64,000 nucleotides of DNA from Clostridia bacterium. Lineage in GTDB: Bacteria; Bacillota; Clostridia; Oscillospirales; CAG-272. How positions within the stretch are numbered: the stretch's first letter is position 1; each line of letters starts with the position of its first letter. The position numbers were made by a program, and so were the translations under genes. This document shows, piece after piece, positions 20,861 through 32,195 of this stretch. The notes below the pieces were generated by a model, which worked only from the letters and a program-made list of their open reading frames with translations, did not search any database and was not told where the DNA came from. Location of the stretch: contig JAGBEE010000042.1 of the NCBI GenBank assembly GCA_017937135.1, forward strand, positions 11,885 to 75,884, written 5' to 3'.

Positions 20861-20908
20861 CGCTTTAGTGTACTAAAATATTATAATACTTTTATTTTAT
20901 ATTGTCAA
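20861..20908 (-). promoter_or_regulatory. his operon sigmaA promoter with adjacent palindromic operator
   Basis: Minus strand TTGACA (20908-20903)-17 bp-TATAAT (20885-20880), directly followed by TTTAGT-GT-ACTAAA. Confidence 0.8.
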
Positions 20909-20950
20909 TAGTTTATATTATATTTATGTAAGAAAAAACAGATGCACAAA

Positions 20951-21428
20951 TGCGTGTTATCCTTAACGGAGAACACGCAATGAATTGCAACCTTGCGGTT
21001 GCATGAATTGAAAGCTGTGCTTTCGTGAATTGCCTGCGGCATGAATTGTGCTTTACGGCACATTGGTTGCAATTCAATTCATGTGAGCGACGAATTGCAC
21101 AGCAATTCCGCGAGCAAATCATGGCGGAGCCAATTCATGATGCGTATGCATCAATTCATTCATAAAAACGAACAGAGCAAGAATAGAAGGAGGTTTATCC
21201 TTTCACTCTTGCTCTGTTAGTATAAAGTGATATTCTTTGCTGACGCAAAGAGTGATATTGTCGCACAGCGACAGTGATATTGAAGCCTTGTGGCTTCAGT
21301 GATATTCTATTCGCCCTAAACTTGCGTAGCAAATATAACTCGGCATAAGCCGAATATCACTGCGTAGCAATAGAACTCGCCAAAGGCGAATAGAGTTAGC
21401 GTGATACTCCGTTAAGAGTATCACGCTA
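20951..21428. repeat. Composite non-coding palindromic element: two mirror arrays, a central hairpin and related terminal hairpins in inverted orientation
   Basis: ATGAATTG-type x4 then CAATTCAT-type x4 (20980-21159); AGTGATATT x4 then AATATCACT-type x4 (21226-21397); end hairpins share CTTAACGGAG on opposite strands. Confidence 0.85.
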
Positions 21429-21446
21429 TTGTGCATCTGTTTTTAA

Positions 21447-21824
21447 TTATTTTATTACTGCAATAAGCTCAACCTCTACAAGCGCGCCCTTTGGTAAATC
21501 CTTTACTGCAACACAGCTTCTTGCTGGCTTTTGAGTAAAGTATTTTGCATAAACACCATTGAAGCTTGCAAAGTCGTTTATATCGTATAGGAAGCACGTA
21601 GTTTTTACTACATTTTCAAAGCTTGTGCCTGCTTCCTCTAAAACTGCGCCGAGGTTTTTCATAACCTGCTCAGTTTGCGCTTCAATATCGGTTGCTTCTA
21701 TATTTCCACTCTCTGGATTTATCGGAATTTGTCCTGAGGTATAAAGCATATTTCCACAAATTATCGCCTGTGAATATGGTCCTATTGCTCCAGGTGCTTT
21801 ATTTGTTGCTACTTTTTTTAACAT
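21447..21824 (-). CDS. ridA: RidA-family enamine/imine deaminase
   Basis: [26 protein letters not shown]. Confidence 0.93.
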   Translation of the reverse strand: MLKKVATNKAPGAIGPYSQAIICGNMLYTSGQIPINPESGNIEATDIEAQTEQVMKNLGAVLEEAGTSFENVVKTTCFLYDINDFASFNGVYAKYFTQKPARSCVAVKDLPKGALVEVELIAVIK

Positions 21825-21834
21825 ATTTCTCTCC

Positions 21835-23028
21835 TTATATAAGCTTAAAGCCAAATTCGGTAAGTGCCCTTTTTATTTGCTCTATATGGTCGTAATTTCT
21901 TGTTTCAAGCACTATTCTCAAATAGCATCCATTTACGTCTGAGCCCTCGTTTGCTCTTTCGTGGTGAACGGAAATTACATTACCACCAAGGTCAGCAATT
22001 ATACGTGAAACATTCTTTAATTGTCCCGGCTTGTCAGCAAGCTCTATCATAAACTGACATGTTCTTCCAGACATTAGAAGTCCTCTTTTTATTACTCTTG
22101 ACAAAATTGTAACATCTATGTTACCGCCTGAGAGCAAGCACACTACCTTTTTGCCCTTTATATCAAGCTTGCCAAACATTGCAGCGGCAACTGCTATTGC
22201 TCCAGCGCCCTCAGTAACAAGCTTTTGCTGCTCCATAAGTGCTAAGATAGCTGCTGAGATTTCATCATCAGTTACGCTAACTATATCGTCAACATATTTT
22301 TTGCAAATTTCGTATGTAAGATTACCAGGCTTTTTAACAGCGATACCATCAGCAATTGTTGAAACGCTTGAAAGCTCCTCGATTTGAGAATGCTTTACAG
22401 AGTTAAGCATAGATGGCGCTCCACTTGCCTGTACACCATAAACCTTAACCTTGGGGTTGAGCATTTTTATTGTGTAGGCAACGCCTGAGATAAGTCCTCC
22501 ACCACCTATTGGCACTATTACTGCGTCAAGGTCGGGAAGCTGGTCAATAAGCTCTAAGGCTATTGTGCCCTGTCCCGCTATAACGTCCTCATCATCAAAT
22601 GGATGAATAAAGGTATAGCCCTTCTCGTCACGGAGCTGAAGTGCTTTTTTGTATGCGTCATCATAAACACCCTCTACTAAGCATACCTCTGCGCCATAGC
22701 TTTTTGTTGCTTCAATTTTAGAAATTGGCGCTCCGTCGGGCAAGCAAATTACTGCCTTTATTCCGTTCTTTTGAGCTGAAAGAGCGACACCCTGTGCGTG
22801 ATTTCCTGCTGAGCAGGCTATAACGCCTCTTTCCTTTTCCTCTTGGCTAAGGCAAGACATTTTGTAGTAAGAGCCTCTTACCTTGAATGAGCCTGTTACC
22901 TGTAGGTTTTCTGTTTTAAGATAGATTTGCGCATCCTTTACGAGCTTTGGTGCGTAAATTACGTCTGTTTTACGAATTACGCCCTTTAATGCGTAGCTTG
23001 CGCGATATACGTTATCAAGTGTTAACAT
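21835..23028 (-). CDS. ilvA: Threonine ammonia-lyase with C-terminal ACT domain
   Basis: [40 protein letters not shown]. Confidence 0.95.
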   Translation of the reverse strand: MLTLDNVYRASYALKGVIRKTDVIYAPKLVKDAQIYLKTENLQVTGSFKVRGSYYKMSCLSQEEKERGVIACSAGNHAQGVALSAQKNGIKAVICLPDGAPISKIEATKSYGAEVCLVEGVYDDAYKKALQLRDEKGYTFIHPFDDEDVIAGQGTIALELIDQLPDLDAVIVPIGGGGLISGVAYTIKMLNPKVKVYGVQASGAPSMLNSVKHSQIEELSSVSTIADGIAVKKPGNLTYEICKKYVDDIVSVTDDEISAAILALMEQQKLVTEGAGAIAVAAAMFGKLDIKGKKVVCLLSGGNIDVTILSRVIKRGLLMSGRTCQFMIELADKPGQLKNVSRIIADLGGNVISVHHERANEGSDVNGCYLRIVLETRNYDHIEQIKRALTEFGFKLI

Positions 23029-23050
23029 ATTTCCTCTTTCCTTTATTAAA

Positions 23051-24226
23051 TTACATAAGACTGTCTATAAATTGCTCAGCACAGCGTGCAGAGCGATAGC
23101 CTCTATTTAGTGCAAATGCCTCTGCTTTGATTTCAAGCTCCTTTACGTCCATAGTAATGTTTTTTCTCTTTGCAAGCTCTCTTACTATTTCAAGATAAAG
23201 TGCCTTAGGTGGCTTAGCAAATAAAATGGTTAAGCCAAAGCGCTCAGATAGTGACAGGGTTTCTTGCACTGAATCATTTCTGTGCACGTCATCTCCCTCA
23301 CGCTCACCAAATGTTTCCTTTACTATATGACGGCGATTGCTTGTTGCATAAATTACTGCATTTTTAGCCTTGGCAGATGCAGAGCCCTCAAGGGTTGCCT
23401 TTAGCATACTGAAGTTGTCGTCGTTTTGATTAAAGGACAAATCATCAATAAATATTATAAACTTTAGCGGGTTTTTACCAATTTGAGCCATAATTTTAGG
23501 TAAGAGCAAAAGCTGATTTTTTCTTATCTCAATAAGTCTTATGCCCTTGTCAAACAAGTGGTTTGCTACCGCCTTAACGGTTGAGGACTTACCTGTGCCC
23601 GCATCTCCATAAAGAAGAATGTTGGCAGCCGGGCGATTTTGCAAAAACGCTTCGGTATTATCAAGCACCCTTCTTCTTTCCTCTAAGTAGCCGACAAAGT
23701 CCTCAATTTTAGACTCGTCTGCACTGACAACGGGAATTATCTGTCCGTTTTCATCAGAGGCAAGCATACAGTTAGAGGCATATATACCATAACCATATTT
23801 TTCAATGTTCTCAACACGCCTTTTATATTCCTTTTTTAAATCAATTTTGTCCGTGTCATAGTCGGGCAAGTGAAAATTAACGCCCATATCGTATGCAAAG
23901 CGCTCACTTGTAAGAGCACAAAAGTCATTTAAAATATCAAGCTCAAAATCAGTTGATTTTTCAATGCTCTTGCTTATTTGTTGCTTATTCGCTATCGCCT
24001 TTACGTAAACATTTTCGTCCTCAAAAAGCATTTTAGCGACACTTGTTGAGAGATTTCCACCCTTTTTGTAAATTTCAGAAACGAAGGAGGCATACTTTTT
24101 TATCTTCTCCTTTTTGTCGTTTTCCTCACAATATTCAATAAATGAATTTATAAGCTTGTTCTTTAAAAGTCCTCTAAATACTGTGAAAAGGCAAAATCCC
24201 GAATATACTTCATTTATTTTAGACAT
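23051..24226 (-). CDS. DUF815-family AAA+ ATPase
   Basis: GDAGTGKSS, FIDDLSF, YATSNRRH, SLSERFG. Confidence 0.85.
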   Translation of the reverse strand: MSKINEVYSGFCLFTVFRGLLKNKLINSFIEYCEENDKKEKIKKYASFVSEIYKKGGNLSTSVAKMLFEDENVYVKAIANKQQISKSIEKSTDFELDILNDFCALTSERFAYDMGVNFHLPDYDTDKIDLKKEYKRRVENIEKYGYGIYASNCMLASDENGQIIPVVSADESKIEDFVGYLEERRRVLDNTEAFLQNRPAANILLYGDAGTGKSSTVKAVANHLFDKGIRLIEIRKNQLLLLPKIMAQIGKNPLKFIIFIDDLSFNQNDDNFSMLKATLEGSASAKAKNAVIYATSNRRHIVKETFGEREGDDVHRNDSVQETLSLSERFGLTILFAKPPKALYLEIVRELAKRKNITMDVKELEIKAEAFALNRGYRSARCAEQFIDSLM

Positions 24227-24234
24227 TTTTTGCC

Positions 24235-25302
24235 TCAAAGATTTTCTATAATTTTATCTGTAATTTCCGTTGTTGAAAGTGAAGGTGCACCGTGTGCTAA
24301 ATCTGCTGTACGATAGCCAGCTAAAAGCACCTTGTCAACTGCATTTATAATTGCATCGCTTTCCTCTTTTAATGAGAAGGAATAAAGTAGCATCATAGCA
24401 GCTGAAAGAATTGTTGCTATTGGGTTTGCTATATTCTTGCCTGCTATGTCAGGTGCTGAGCCATGTATTGGCTCATAAAGTCCTCTTGTATTATCAGACA
24501 AGGATGCTGATGGGAGCATTCCAATTGAGCCTGTAATTTGTGAAGCCTCATCGGAAAGAATATCTCCAAACATATTAGATGTTACAATAACATCAAATTG
24601 TGCAGGGTTGCGTACAAGCTGCATAGCTGCATTGTCAACAAGCATATCAGCGCACTCTACATCGGGATATTTTTCGCTATATTCGTGAACTATTTTTCTC
24701 CAAAGACGTGAGCTTTCAAGCACGTTTGCCTTGTCAATGCTTATAAGCTTCTTTCTTCTCTTTCTTGCTGTTTCAAACGCAACCTTTGCAATTCTTTCAA
24801 TCTCCATACGGCTGTATGCTTCTGTATCGTACGCTTCCTCACCATATTTGCCCTGGCGCATGCCACGCTCACCAAAATAAATACCACCTGTAAGCTCACG
24901 TACTATCATAATGTCAAAGCCGTTTGCAACAATATCCTCTCTTAATGGACAATCACCCTTTAATGCAGGATAAAGCTTTGCTGGGCGAAGGTTTGTGAAA
25001 AGTCCCATTGCACTTCTAATGCCTAAAAGAGCCTTTTCAGGACGCATATTGCCTGGTAATGTGTCCCACTTAGGTCCACCAACTGCTCCAAGAAGCACGC
25101 TGTCAGATGCCAAGCATCCCTCAACTGTTTCCCTTGGTAGTGGTTCACCACACGCATCAATTGCACAGCCACCTATTAAATATGGTGTAAAATTAAACAC
25201 GTGTCCGTACCTTTTGCCAATTTCTTCAAGAACTCTAACTGCGCTATCTACTATTTCAGGGCCTATTCCATCACCCTTTAATAATGCTATATTGTAATTC
25301 AT
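24235..25302 (-). CDS. leuB: 3-isopropylmalate dehydrogenase
   Basis: [38 protein letters not shown]. Confidence 0.97.
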   Translation of the reverse strand: MNYNIALLKGDGIGPEIVDSAVRVLEEIGKRYGHVFNFTPYLIGGCAIDACGEPLPRETVEGCLASDSVLLGAVGGPKWDTLPGNMRPEKALLGIRSAMGLFTNLRPAKLYPALKGDCPLREDIVANGFDIMIVRELTGGIYFGERGMRQGKYGEEAYDTEAYSRMEIERIAKVAFETARKRRKKLISIDKANVLESSRLWRKIVHEYSEKYPDVECADMLVDNAAMQLVRNPAQFDVIVTSNMFGDILSDEASQITGSIGMLPSASLSDNTRGLYEPIHGSAPDIAGKNIANPIATILSAAMMLLYSFSLKEESDAIINAVDKVLLAGYRTADLAHGAPSLSTTEITDKIIENL

Positions 25303-25326
25303 TTTTCCAACCTCAACCTATTTTGA

Positions 25327-25821
25327 TTATTTAAGCTCACCCTTTTTGATGGTCTCTATAAGTCCACCATTGGTTATTATCTTTTGAATAAACTCCGGGA
25401 AGGGCTGTGTTTTAAAGCTCTTGCCTGTTGTTCTATTGTAAATAATACCGTTATCAAGGTCAGCCTCAACCTTATCTCCATCGTTTATATTGTCAACTGC
25501 CTCATCACATTCCAAAATGGCAAGCCCTATGTTTATTGAGTTACGATAGAAAATTCTTGCAAAGCTCTTTGCTATTACAAGGCTAATTCCACTTGCCTTT
25601 ATTGCTATTGGCGCATGCTCTCTTGATGAGCCACAGCCGAAGTTGAAGCCTGCCACCATAATATCGCCCTCTTCAACCTTTTTTGTAAAGTCCTTATCAA
25701 TATCCTCCATACAGTGAGAAGCAAGCTCCTTATGGTCACTTGTATTAAGATATCTTGCAGGGATTATTACGTCTGTATCTACATTATCACCGTATTTTAA
25801 TACTTTTCCTGTGAAATTCAT
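25327..25821 (-). CDS. leuD: 3-isopropylmalate dehydratase small subunit
   Basis: [24 protein letters not shown]. Confidence 0.96.
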   Translation of the reverse strand: MNFTGKVLKYGDNVDTDVIIPARYLNTSDHKELASHCMEDIDKDFTKKVEEGDIMVAGFNFGCGSSREHAPIAIKASGISLVIAKSFARIFYRNSINIGLAILECDEAVDNINDGDKVEADLDNGIIYNRTTGKSFKTQPFPEFIQKIITNGGLIETIKKGELK

Positions 25822-25839
25822 ATTCGTTTGCTCCTTTCC

Positions 25840-27099
25840 TTATATGTTATTTGGGTCTGCTATTTTACCAGCTATTGCGCTTGCTGCTGCTACTGCCGGG
25901 CTTGCAAGATAAACCTCACTTGTAACGTCGCCCATTCTACCAACGAAGTTACGGTTTGTTGTTGCCACTGCTCTCTCGCCTGCTGCCAAAATACCCATAT
26001 AGCCACCAAGGCATGGTCCACAGGTTGGTGTTGAAACTACACAGCCTGCCTCAATAAAGATTTTTATTAGACCATTTTCAGCTGCCTTCAAATAAATGTC
26101 CTGTGTTGCAGGAATTATAATAGCTCTTACGTTTTTAGCAACCTTTTTGCCCTTGATAATCATAGCTGCCTCTTCAATGTCCTTGTACTGTCCATTTGTG
26201 CAGGAGCCAATAACTACCTGGTCGATTTTTACGTCGCCAACCTCGTCAATTGTTCTTGTGTTTTCGGGAAGGTGTGGGAATGCAACCGTTGATTTAATTT
26301 CGGATAGGTCTATTTCATAAACCTCATCGTATTTTGCATCGGGGTCTGCCTTGTAGGATTTAATCTCTCTGTCTGAGCGCTCCTTAATGTAGCTTATTGT
26401 TTCCTCGTCAACCTCAAAAATACCATTCTTAGCACCTGCCTCAATTGCCATATTACAAATTGTAAGACGGTCATAAATTGTGAGTGAGGAAACGCCCTCC
26501 CCTACAAATTCCATTGATCTATAAAGCGCGCCATCAACGCCTATTTTACCAATAATATGTAAAATTACGTCCTTACCAGAAACGTATTTATTAAGCTTAC
26601 CCTTTAATACAAATTTAATTGCGCTTGGAACCTTGAACCAAGCCTTGCCTGTTGCCATTCCGCAAGCCATATCGGTTGAGCCAACGCCTGTTGAGAATGC
26701 GCCAAGTGCGCCATATGTACAGGTGTGTGAGTCAGCGCCAATTACAACGTCGCCAGAAACTACAAGTCCCTTTTCGGGAAGAAGCGCGTGCTCAATGCCC
26801 ATTCTACCAACGTCGTAAAAGTGTGTAATATCCTTGTCGTTACAGAAGTCACGGCACATTTTGCATTGTACTGCTGCCTTTATATCCTTATTTGGTGCAA
26901 AGTGGTCCATAACCATAGTTACCTTTTCCTTGTCATAAACGCTATCTACACCTATTTTGTTAAATTCCTTAATTGCAACGGGAGATGTAATATCATTTCC
27001 TAAAACTCTGTCAAGATTTACAAGAATTAATTGTCCTGCCTCAACCTTGTCAAGCCCTGCGTGCGCTGCAAGTATCTTTTGCGTCATCGTCATTGACAT
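25840..27099 (-). CDS. leuC: 3-isopropylmalate dehydratase large subunit
   Basis: DSHTCT, IGSCTN, CGPCLG, TNRNF; start set at MSMTMTQK. Confidence 0.96.
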   Translation of the reverse strand: MSMTMTQKILAAHAGLDKVEAGQLILVNLDRVLGNDITSPVAIKEFNKIGVDSVYDKEKVTMVMDHFAPNKDIKAAVQCKMCRDFCNDKDITHFYDVGRMGIEHALLPEKGLVVSGDVVIGADSHTCTYGALGAFSTGVGSTDMACGMATGKAWFKVPSAIKFVLKGKLNKYVSGKDVILHIIGKIGVDGALYRSMEFVGEGVSSLTIYDRLTICNMAIEAGAKNGIFEVDEETISYIKERSDREIKSYKADPDAKYDEVYEIDLSEIKSTVAFPHLPENTRTIDEVGDVKIDQVVIGSCTNGQYKDIEEAAMIIKGKKVAKNVRAIIIPATQDIYLKAAENGLIKIFIEAGCVVSTPTCGPCLGGYMGILAAGERAVATTNRNFVGRMGDVTSEVYLASPAVAAASAIAGKIADPNNI

Positions 27100-27211
27100 A
27101 ATACTAATTCCTTTCTTTATATAGAAATATTTATTATCAATCCAAAATGTCCTAAATACCTTAGGGCACTTTGGATTGCCCACCATCTAAATGGTGATGG
27201 GTAATATAAGA

Positions 27212-28873
27212 TTATCTATTGATAATTGCGCCCTTGTCAGCTGAGGAAACCATTTGTGAATAGCGCTTTAAGTAGCCACTTATGTTTTCCTTTCTCTTAA
27301 TAGGCATTTCTTCCTTACGCTTGCTTAATTCCTCGTCTGAAACCTTAAGCTCTATCTTGTATTCGGGGATATTTATGGAAATAATATCTCCGTCCTTAAC
27401 GTAAGCTATTGTGCCACCAGATACTGCCTCGGGGGATACGTGACCTATTGATGCACCTCTTGTAGCTCCTGAGAAGCGTCCGTCAGTTATCAAGGCAACG
27501 TCCTTGTCAAGTCCCATACCTGCTATTGCAGATGTTGGTGAGAGCATTTCTCTCATACCTGGGCCTCCACTTGGTCCCTCATAGCGAATTACGACAACAT
27601 CGCCCTTTACTATCTTTCCTGCGTATATTGCGCTAATCGCCTCCTCCTCGCTCTCGAAAACCCTTGCAGGTCCCTCGTGAACGAGCATTTCGGGAGCAAC
27701 AGCACTTCTCTTAACTACGCATCCGTCAGGTGCAAGGTTGCCTCTTAATACAGCTATACCACCTGTTTTTGTGAATGGATTATCAACTGTACGAATTACG
27801 CTTGTATCGCGATTTACGCTATTTTCGATATTTTCACCAAGAGTTTTACCTGTTACTGTCATTACGCTTGTGTCTATAAGACCGAGCTTGTCGATTTCCT
27901 TGAGCACTGCGTAAACTCCTCCTGCCTCGTAAAGATCCTCCATATATGTAGGTCCAGCAGGTGCTAAATGGCAGAGGTTTGGTGTCTTTTCGCTGATTTC
28001 GTTTACCATATCAAGGTCAAATTCAACACCACACTCGTTTGCTATTGCAGGTAAGTGAAGCATACTGTTTGTTGAACAGCCAAGAGCCATATCAGCTGTA
28101 ATTGCATTTCTTATAGCAGACTTAGTCATAATATCACGTGGTCTTATATTCTTCTTAACAAGCTCCATAACCTGCATTCCTGCATGCTTTGCAAGCTCTA
28201 TTCTTGCAGAATATACCGCGGGAATTGTTCCATTTCCGCTAAGTCCCATACCGAGAACCTCTGTTAAGCAGTTCATTGAGTTGGCTGTGTACATACCCGA
28301 GCAAGAGCCACAGGTTGGGCAAGCCTTGTTTTCAAATTCGCAAAGTCCACATTCGTCAAGCTTGTCTGCTTTATATGCTCCAACAGCCTCGAACATGCTT
28401 GAAAGGCTTGTTTTCTTTCCGTCAACACGGCCAGCAAGCATAGGTCCACCACTTACAAATACGGTTGGAATATTAAGTCTTGCTGCTGCCATTAAAAGTC
28501 CCGGTACGTTTTTGTCGCAGTTTGGTATCATAACAAGACCATCAAAGCCGTGAGCCATTACCATAGCCTCGGTTGAGTCTGCAATTAAGTCACGTGTTAC
28601 TAAGGAATATTTCATTCCTACGTGTCCCATAGCAATACCGTCGCATACTGCAATTGCAGGGAACATTATTGGTGTTCCCCCTGCCATTGCAACTCCTAAT
28701 TTAACTGCTTGTGTAATTTTATCAAGGTTCATATGACCCGGCACTATTTCGTTATAGGAGCTTACTATACCTATTAAGGGTCTGTCAAGCTCCTCCCTTG
28801 TAAGACCTAATGCCTTGTACAAGGAACGGTGAGGTGCATTATGAGCGCCCTGTACTATTTTTTCCTTTATCAT
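27212..28873 (-). CDS. ilvD: Dihydroxy-acid dehydratase
   Basis: [44 protein letters not shown]. Confidence 0.97.
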   Translation of the reverse strand: MIKEKIVQGAHNAPHRSLYKALGLTREELDRPLIGIVSSYNEIVPGHMNLDKITQAVKLGVAMAGGTPIMFPAIAVCDGIAMGHVGMKYSLVTRDLIADSTEAMVMAHGFDGLVMIPNCDKNVPGLLMAAARLNIPTVFVSGGPMLAGRVDGKKTSLSSMFEAVGAYKADKLDECGLCEFENKACPTCGSCSGMYTANSMNCLTEVLGMGLSGNGTIPAVYSARIELAKHAGMQVMELVKKNIRPRDIMTKSAIRNAITADMALGCSTNSMLHLPAIANECGVEFDLDMVNEISEKTPNLCHLAPAGPTYMEDLYEAGGVYAVLKEIDKLGLIDTSVMTVTGKTLGENIENSVNRDTSVIRTVDNPFTKTGGIAVLRGNLAPDGCVVKRSAVAPEMLVHEGPARVFESEEEAISAIYAGKIVKGDVVVIRYEGPSGGPGMREMLSPTSAIAGMGLDKDVALITDGRFSGATRGASIGHVSPEAVSGGTIAYVKDGDIISINIPEYKIELKVSDEELSKRKEEMPIKRKENISGYLKRYSQMVSSADKGAIINR

Positions 28874-28915
28874 TGTTTACTCCTTCGGCAACTATTGCCT
28901 TTTAAGTAGAGGGTA

Positions 28916-29938
<1,023 letters not shown>

Positions 29939-29961
29939 TTATCTCCTTATAATTAATTTTT

Positions 29962-30498
29962 TTAGTTTTCTTTTGTTTTGTAAACGCCTGTTTTGTCAAC
30001 CTTGGAAAGAAGTGTTCCACTTCCTCTTTCAAGTGCGACGATACCTGTACGACACATTTCAATTATGCCATATGGTAGCATATATTCGATAAATGCGTTG
30101 ATTTTAGAGGGGTCACCTGTAATTTCAATGCACATCTCGCTTGATGTAAAATCAATTACCTTTGCTCTATATACCTCGACAGCTGATAAAATGTCTGCTC
30201 TTTTTTCAGATTCGTTCTTAACCTTGATAAGAGCAAGCTCACGCTTAATTGAGCCTCTTTCCTCAATTTCCTCTACCTTTTTTACATTGTAGAGCTTGCG
30301 AAGCTGATTTATAAGCTGATCCTTTGCGTAGCCATCACCACTTAAGCAAATTGTAATTCTTGAATACTCGGGGCTTTCAGTTTCTCCAACCGTTAAGGCA
30401 TCAATATTGAAGCCACGACGTGTAAACATGCTTGTAACTCTTGTAAGTACACCGAATTTGTTATCAACGTATACTGCTATTACAAATTTATTACTCAT
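29962..30498 (-). CDS. ilvN: Acetolactate synthase small subunit
   Basis: N..GVLTRV...F.RRGFNI ACT domain, RELALIKV, RTG. Confidence 0.95.
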   Translation of the reverse strand: MSNKFVIAVYVDNKFGVLTRVTSMFTRRGFNIDALTVGETESPEYSRITICLSGDGYAKDQLINQLRKLYNVKKVEEIEERGSIKRELALIKVKNESEKRADILSAVEVYRAKVIDFTSSEMCIEITGDPSKINAFIEYMLPYGIIEMCRTGIVALERGSGTLLSKVDKTGVYKTKEN

Positions 30499-32182
30499 TG
30501 TCTTCACCTACCTTAACGATAATGTCGTCTATTGAGCCACCTGGTGGAAGCATAGGAAGAACAAATTCATCCTTGTCAATAAATGTATCAATTATAACCG
30601 GACCACCAGCCTTAACTGCTTCCTTGAATGCGTTTTCAAATTCAGCAATTGTAGTTGCTCTGTAGCCCTTTGCTCCAAACGCCTCTGCAAGCTTTACAAA
30701 ATCAGTTTTTCTTTCAAGAACTGTATTTGAAAATCTCTTGCCGAAGAATAGGTTTTGCCACTGTCTTACCATACCTAAAACACCATTGTTCATAAGAACT
30801 ATAATTACTGGAAGGTTATATGTAACTGCAGTTGCAAGCTCATTAAGGTTCATACCAAAGCTACCGTCACCTGTTATTAGCACGGTTGGGTCCTTTGTTG
30901 CTACGTATGCACCCATTGCTGCGCCTAAGCCGAAGCCCATTGTGCCAAGACCACCACTTGAAACAAAGCGTCTTGTTGTATCAAATTTAGAATACTGTGC
31001 TGCCCACATCTGATGCTGACCAACATCAGTTGTAATTATTGTTCTCGGAAGCTTGTTTTCGTTAATTACATCGAAAACCATTTTAGGAGTCATTCTGCCT
31101 CCTGCCATTTTAGCTGCCTTTAAAGCAATTTCCTCTTCTCTTGCCTTTAGACTCTCAACTTCCTTTTCCCATTCAGGATTTTTCTTAGCCATAGCTGCCT
31201 TGGCGATTCTTAGGAAGGAATCCTTAACATCGGCAATAATACCGAGGTCAACGTTAACGTTTTTGTTAATTTCGGCAAAGTCAGGGTCTAATTGAATTAT
31301 CTTTGTTCCCTTTGCAAATTTTGCAACGTTTCCTGTTGCTCTGTCGCTAAAACGAACGCCGACACCTATAATTAAGTCAGCCTCCTTTTGCGCCATTGAG
31401 GATGCAAAATGCCCGTGCATGCCCTGCATACCAAGAAATCTTTCATAGTCATCTGGTACAGCCGAAAGTCCCATAAAGGTACAGCCGATGCAAGCATCTA
31501 TTTTTTCTGCAAATTCGATAATTTCCTTGCCCATTCCAAGTCCTGCTGCTCCACCACCTATATATATATATGGGCGTTTTGATTCGTTTACTAAGGCAAC
31601 AGCCTTTTCTATTGCCTCCTCATCTGCCTTGGGAAGTGGAATCTTTTCAACTATTGGCATAGGCTCATAATCATATGTAGCTACCTGTACGTCCTTTGGT
31701 ACGTCAACAAGGACAGGGCCAGGTCTGCCTGATTTTGCGATTTGGAATGCCTCTCTTATAGCAGGAGCCAAATCTTCAATTTTATTTACAAAGTAGTTAT
31801 GCTTTGTAATTGGCAATGTAACACCTGTTATATCAATTTCCTGGAAGCTATCCTTACCTATAAGTGAGCAAGGAACGTTTCCTGTAATTGCTACCATAGG
31901 AATGGAGTCAAGCATTGCTGTTGCAATACCTGTTACAAGGTTTGTTGCACCAGGACCAGAGGTTGCAATACATACGCCAACCTTTCCTGTTGCTCTTGAA
32001 TAACCGTCTGCTGCGTGAGCTGCTCCCTGCTCGTGCGCAGTTAGTATGTGATTTATTCTATCACTATTTTTATATAAAGCATCATAAATGTTGATTACCT
32101 GTCCGCCCGGATAACCGAAAACATCAGTTGTGCCCTGCTCAATCAAGGTGTTTATGATGATTTCTGCACCTGTCATTTTCAT
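30491..32182 (-). CDS. ilvB: Acetolactate synthase large subunit
   Basis: FGYPGG, HEQGAAHAADGY, DVGQHQMW, GDGSFGMN. Confidence 0.97.
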   Translation of the reverse strand: MKMTGAEIIINTLIEQGTTDVFGYPGGQVINIYDALYKNSDRINHILTAHEQGAAHAADGYSRATGKVGVCIATSGPGATNLVTGIATAMLDSIPMVAITGNVPCSLIGKDSFQEIDITGVTLPITKHNYFVNKIEDLAPAIREAFQIAKSGRPGPVLVDVPKDVQVATYDYEPMPIVEKIPLPKADEEAIEKAVALVNESKRPYIYIGGGAAGLGMGKEIIEFAEKIDACIGCTFMGLSAVPDDYERFLGMQGMHGHFASSMAQKEADLIIGVGVRFSDRATGNVAKFAKGTKIIQLDPDFAEINKNVNVDLGIIADVKDSFLRIAKAAMAKKNPEWEKEVESLKAREEEIALKAAKMAGGRMTPKMVFDVINENKLPRTIITTDVGQHQMWAAQYSKFDTTRRFVSSGGLGTMGFGLGAAMGAYVATKDPTVLITGDGSFGMNLNELATAVTYNLPVIIVLMNNGVLGMVRQWQNLFFGKRFSNTVLERKTDFVKLAEAFGAKGYRATTIAEFENAFKEAVKAGGPVIIDTFIDKDEFVLPMLPPGGSIDDIIVKVGEDNE

Positions 32183-32195
32183 AAAAGTGCTCCTT

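Noticed and set aside
20913-21122. 69-aa ORF
   Set aside because: Lies on the palindromic array, has no clear RBS and atypical composition.
20980-21397. CRISPR array
   Set aside because: Repeats are only 8-9 bp, spacers are short self-complementary hairpins, orientation flips midway, and there are no cas genes in the window.
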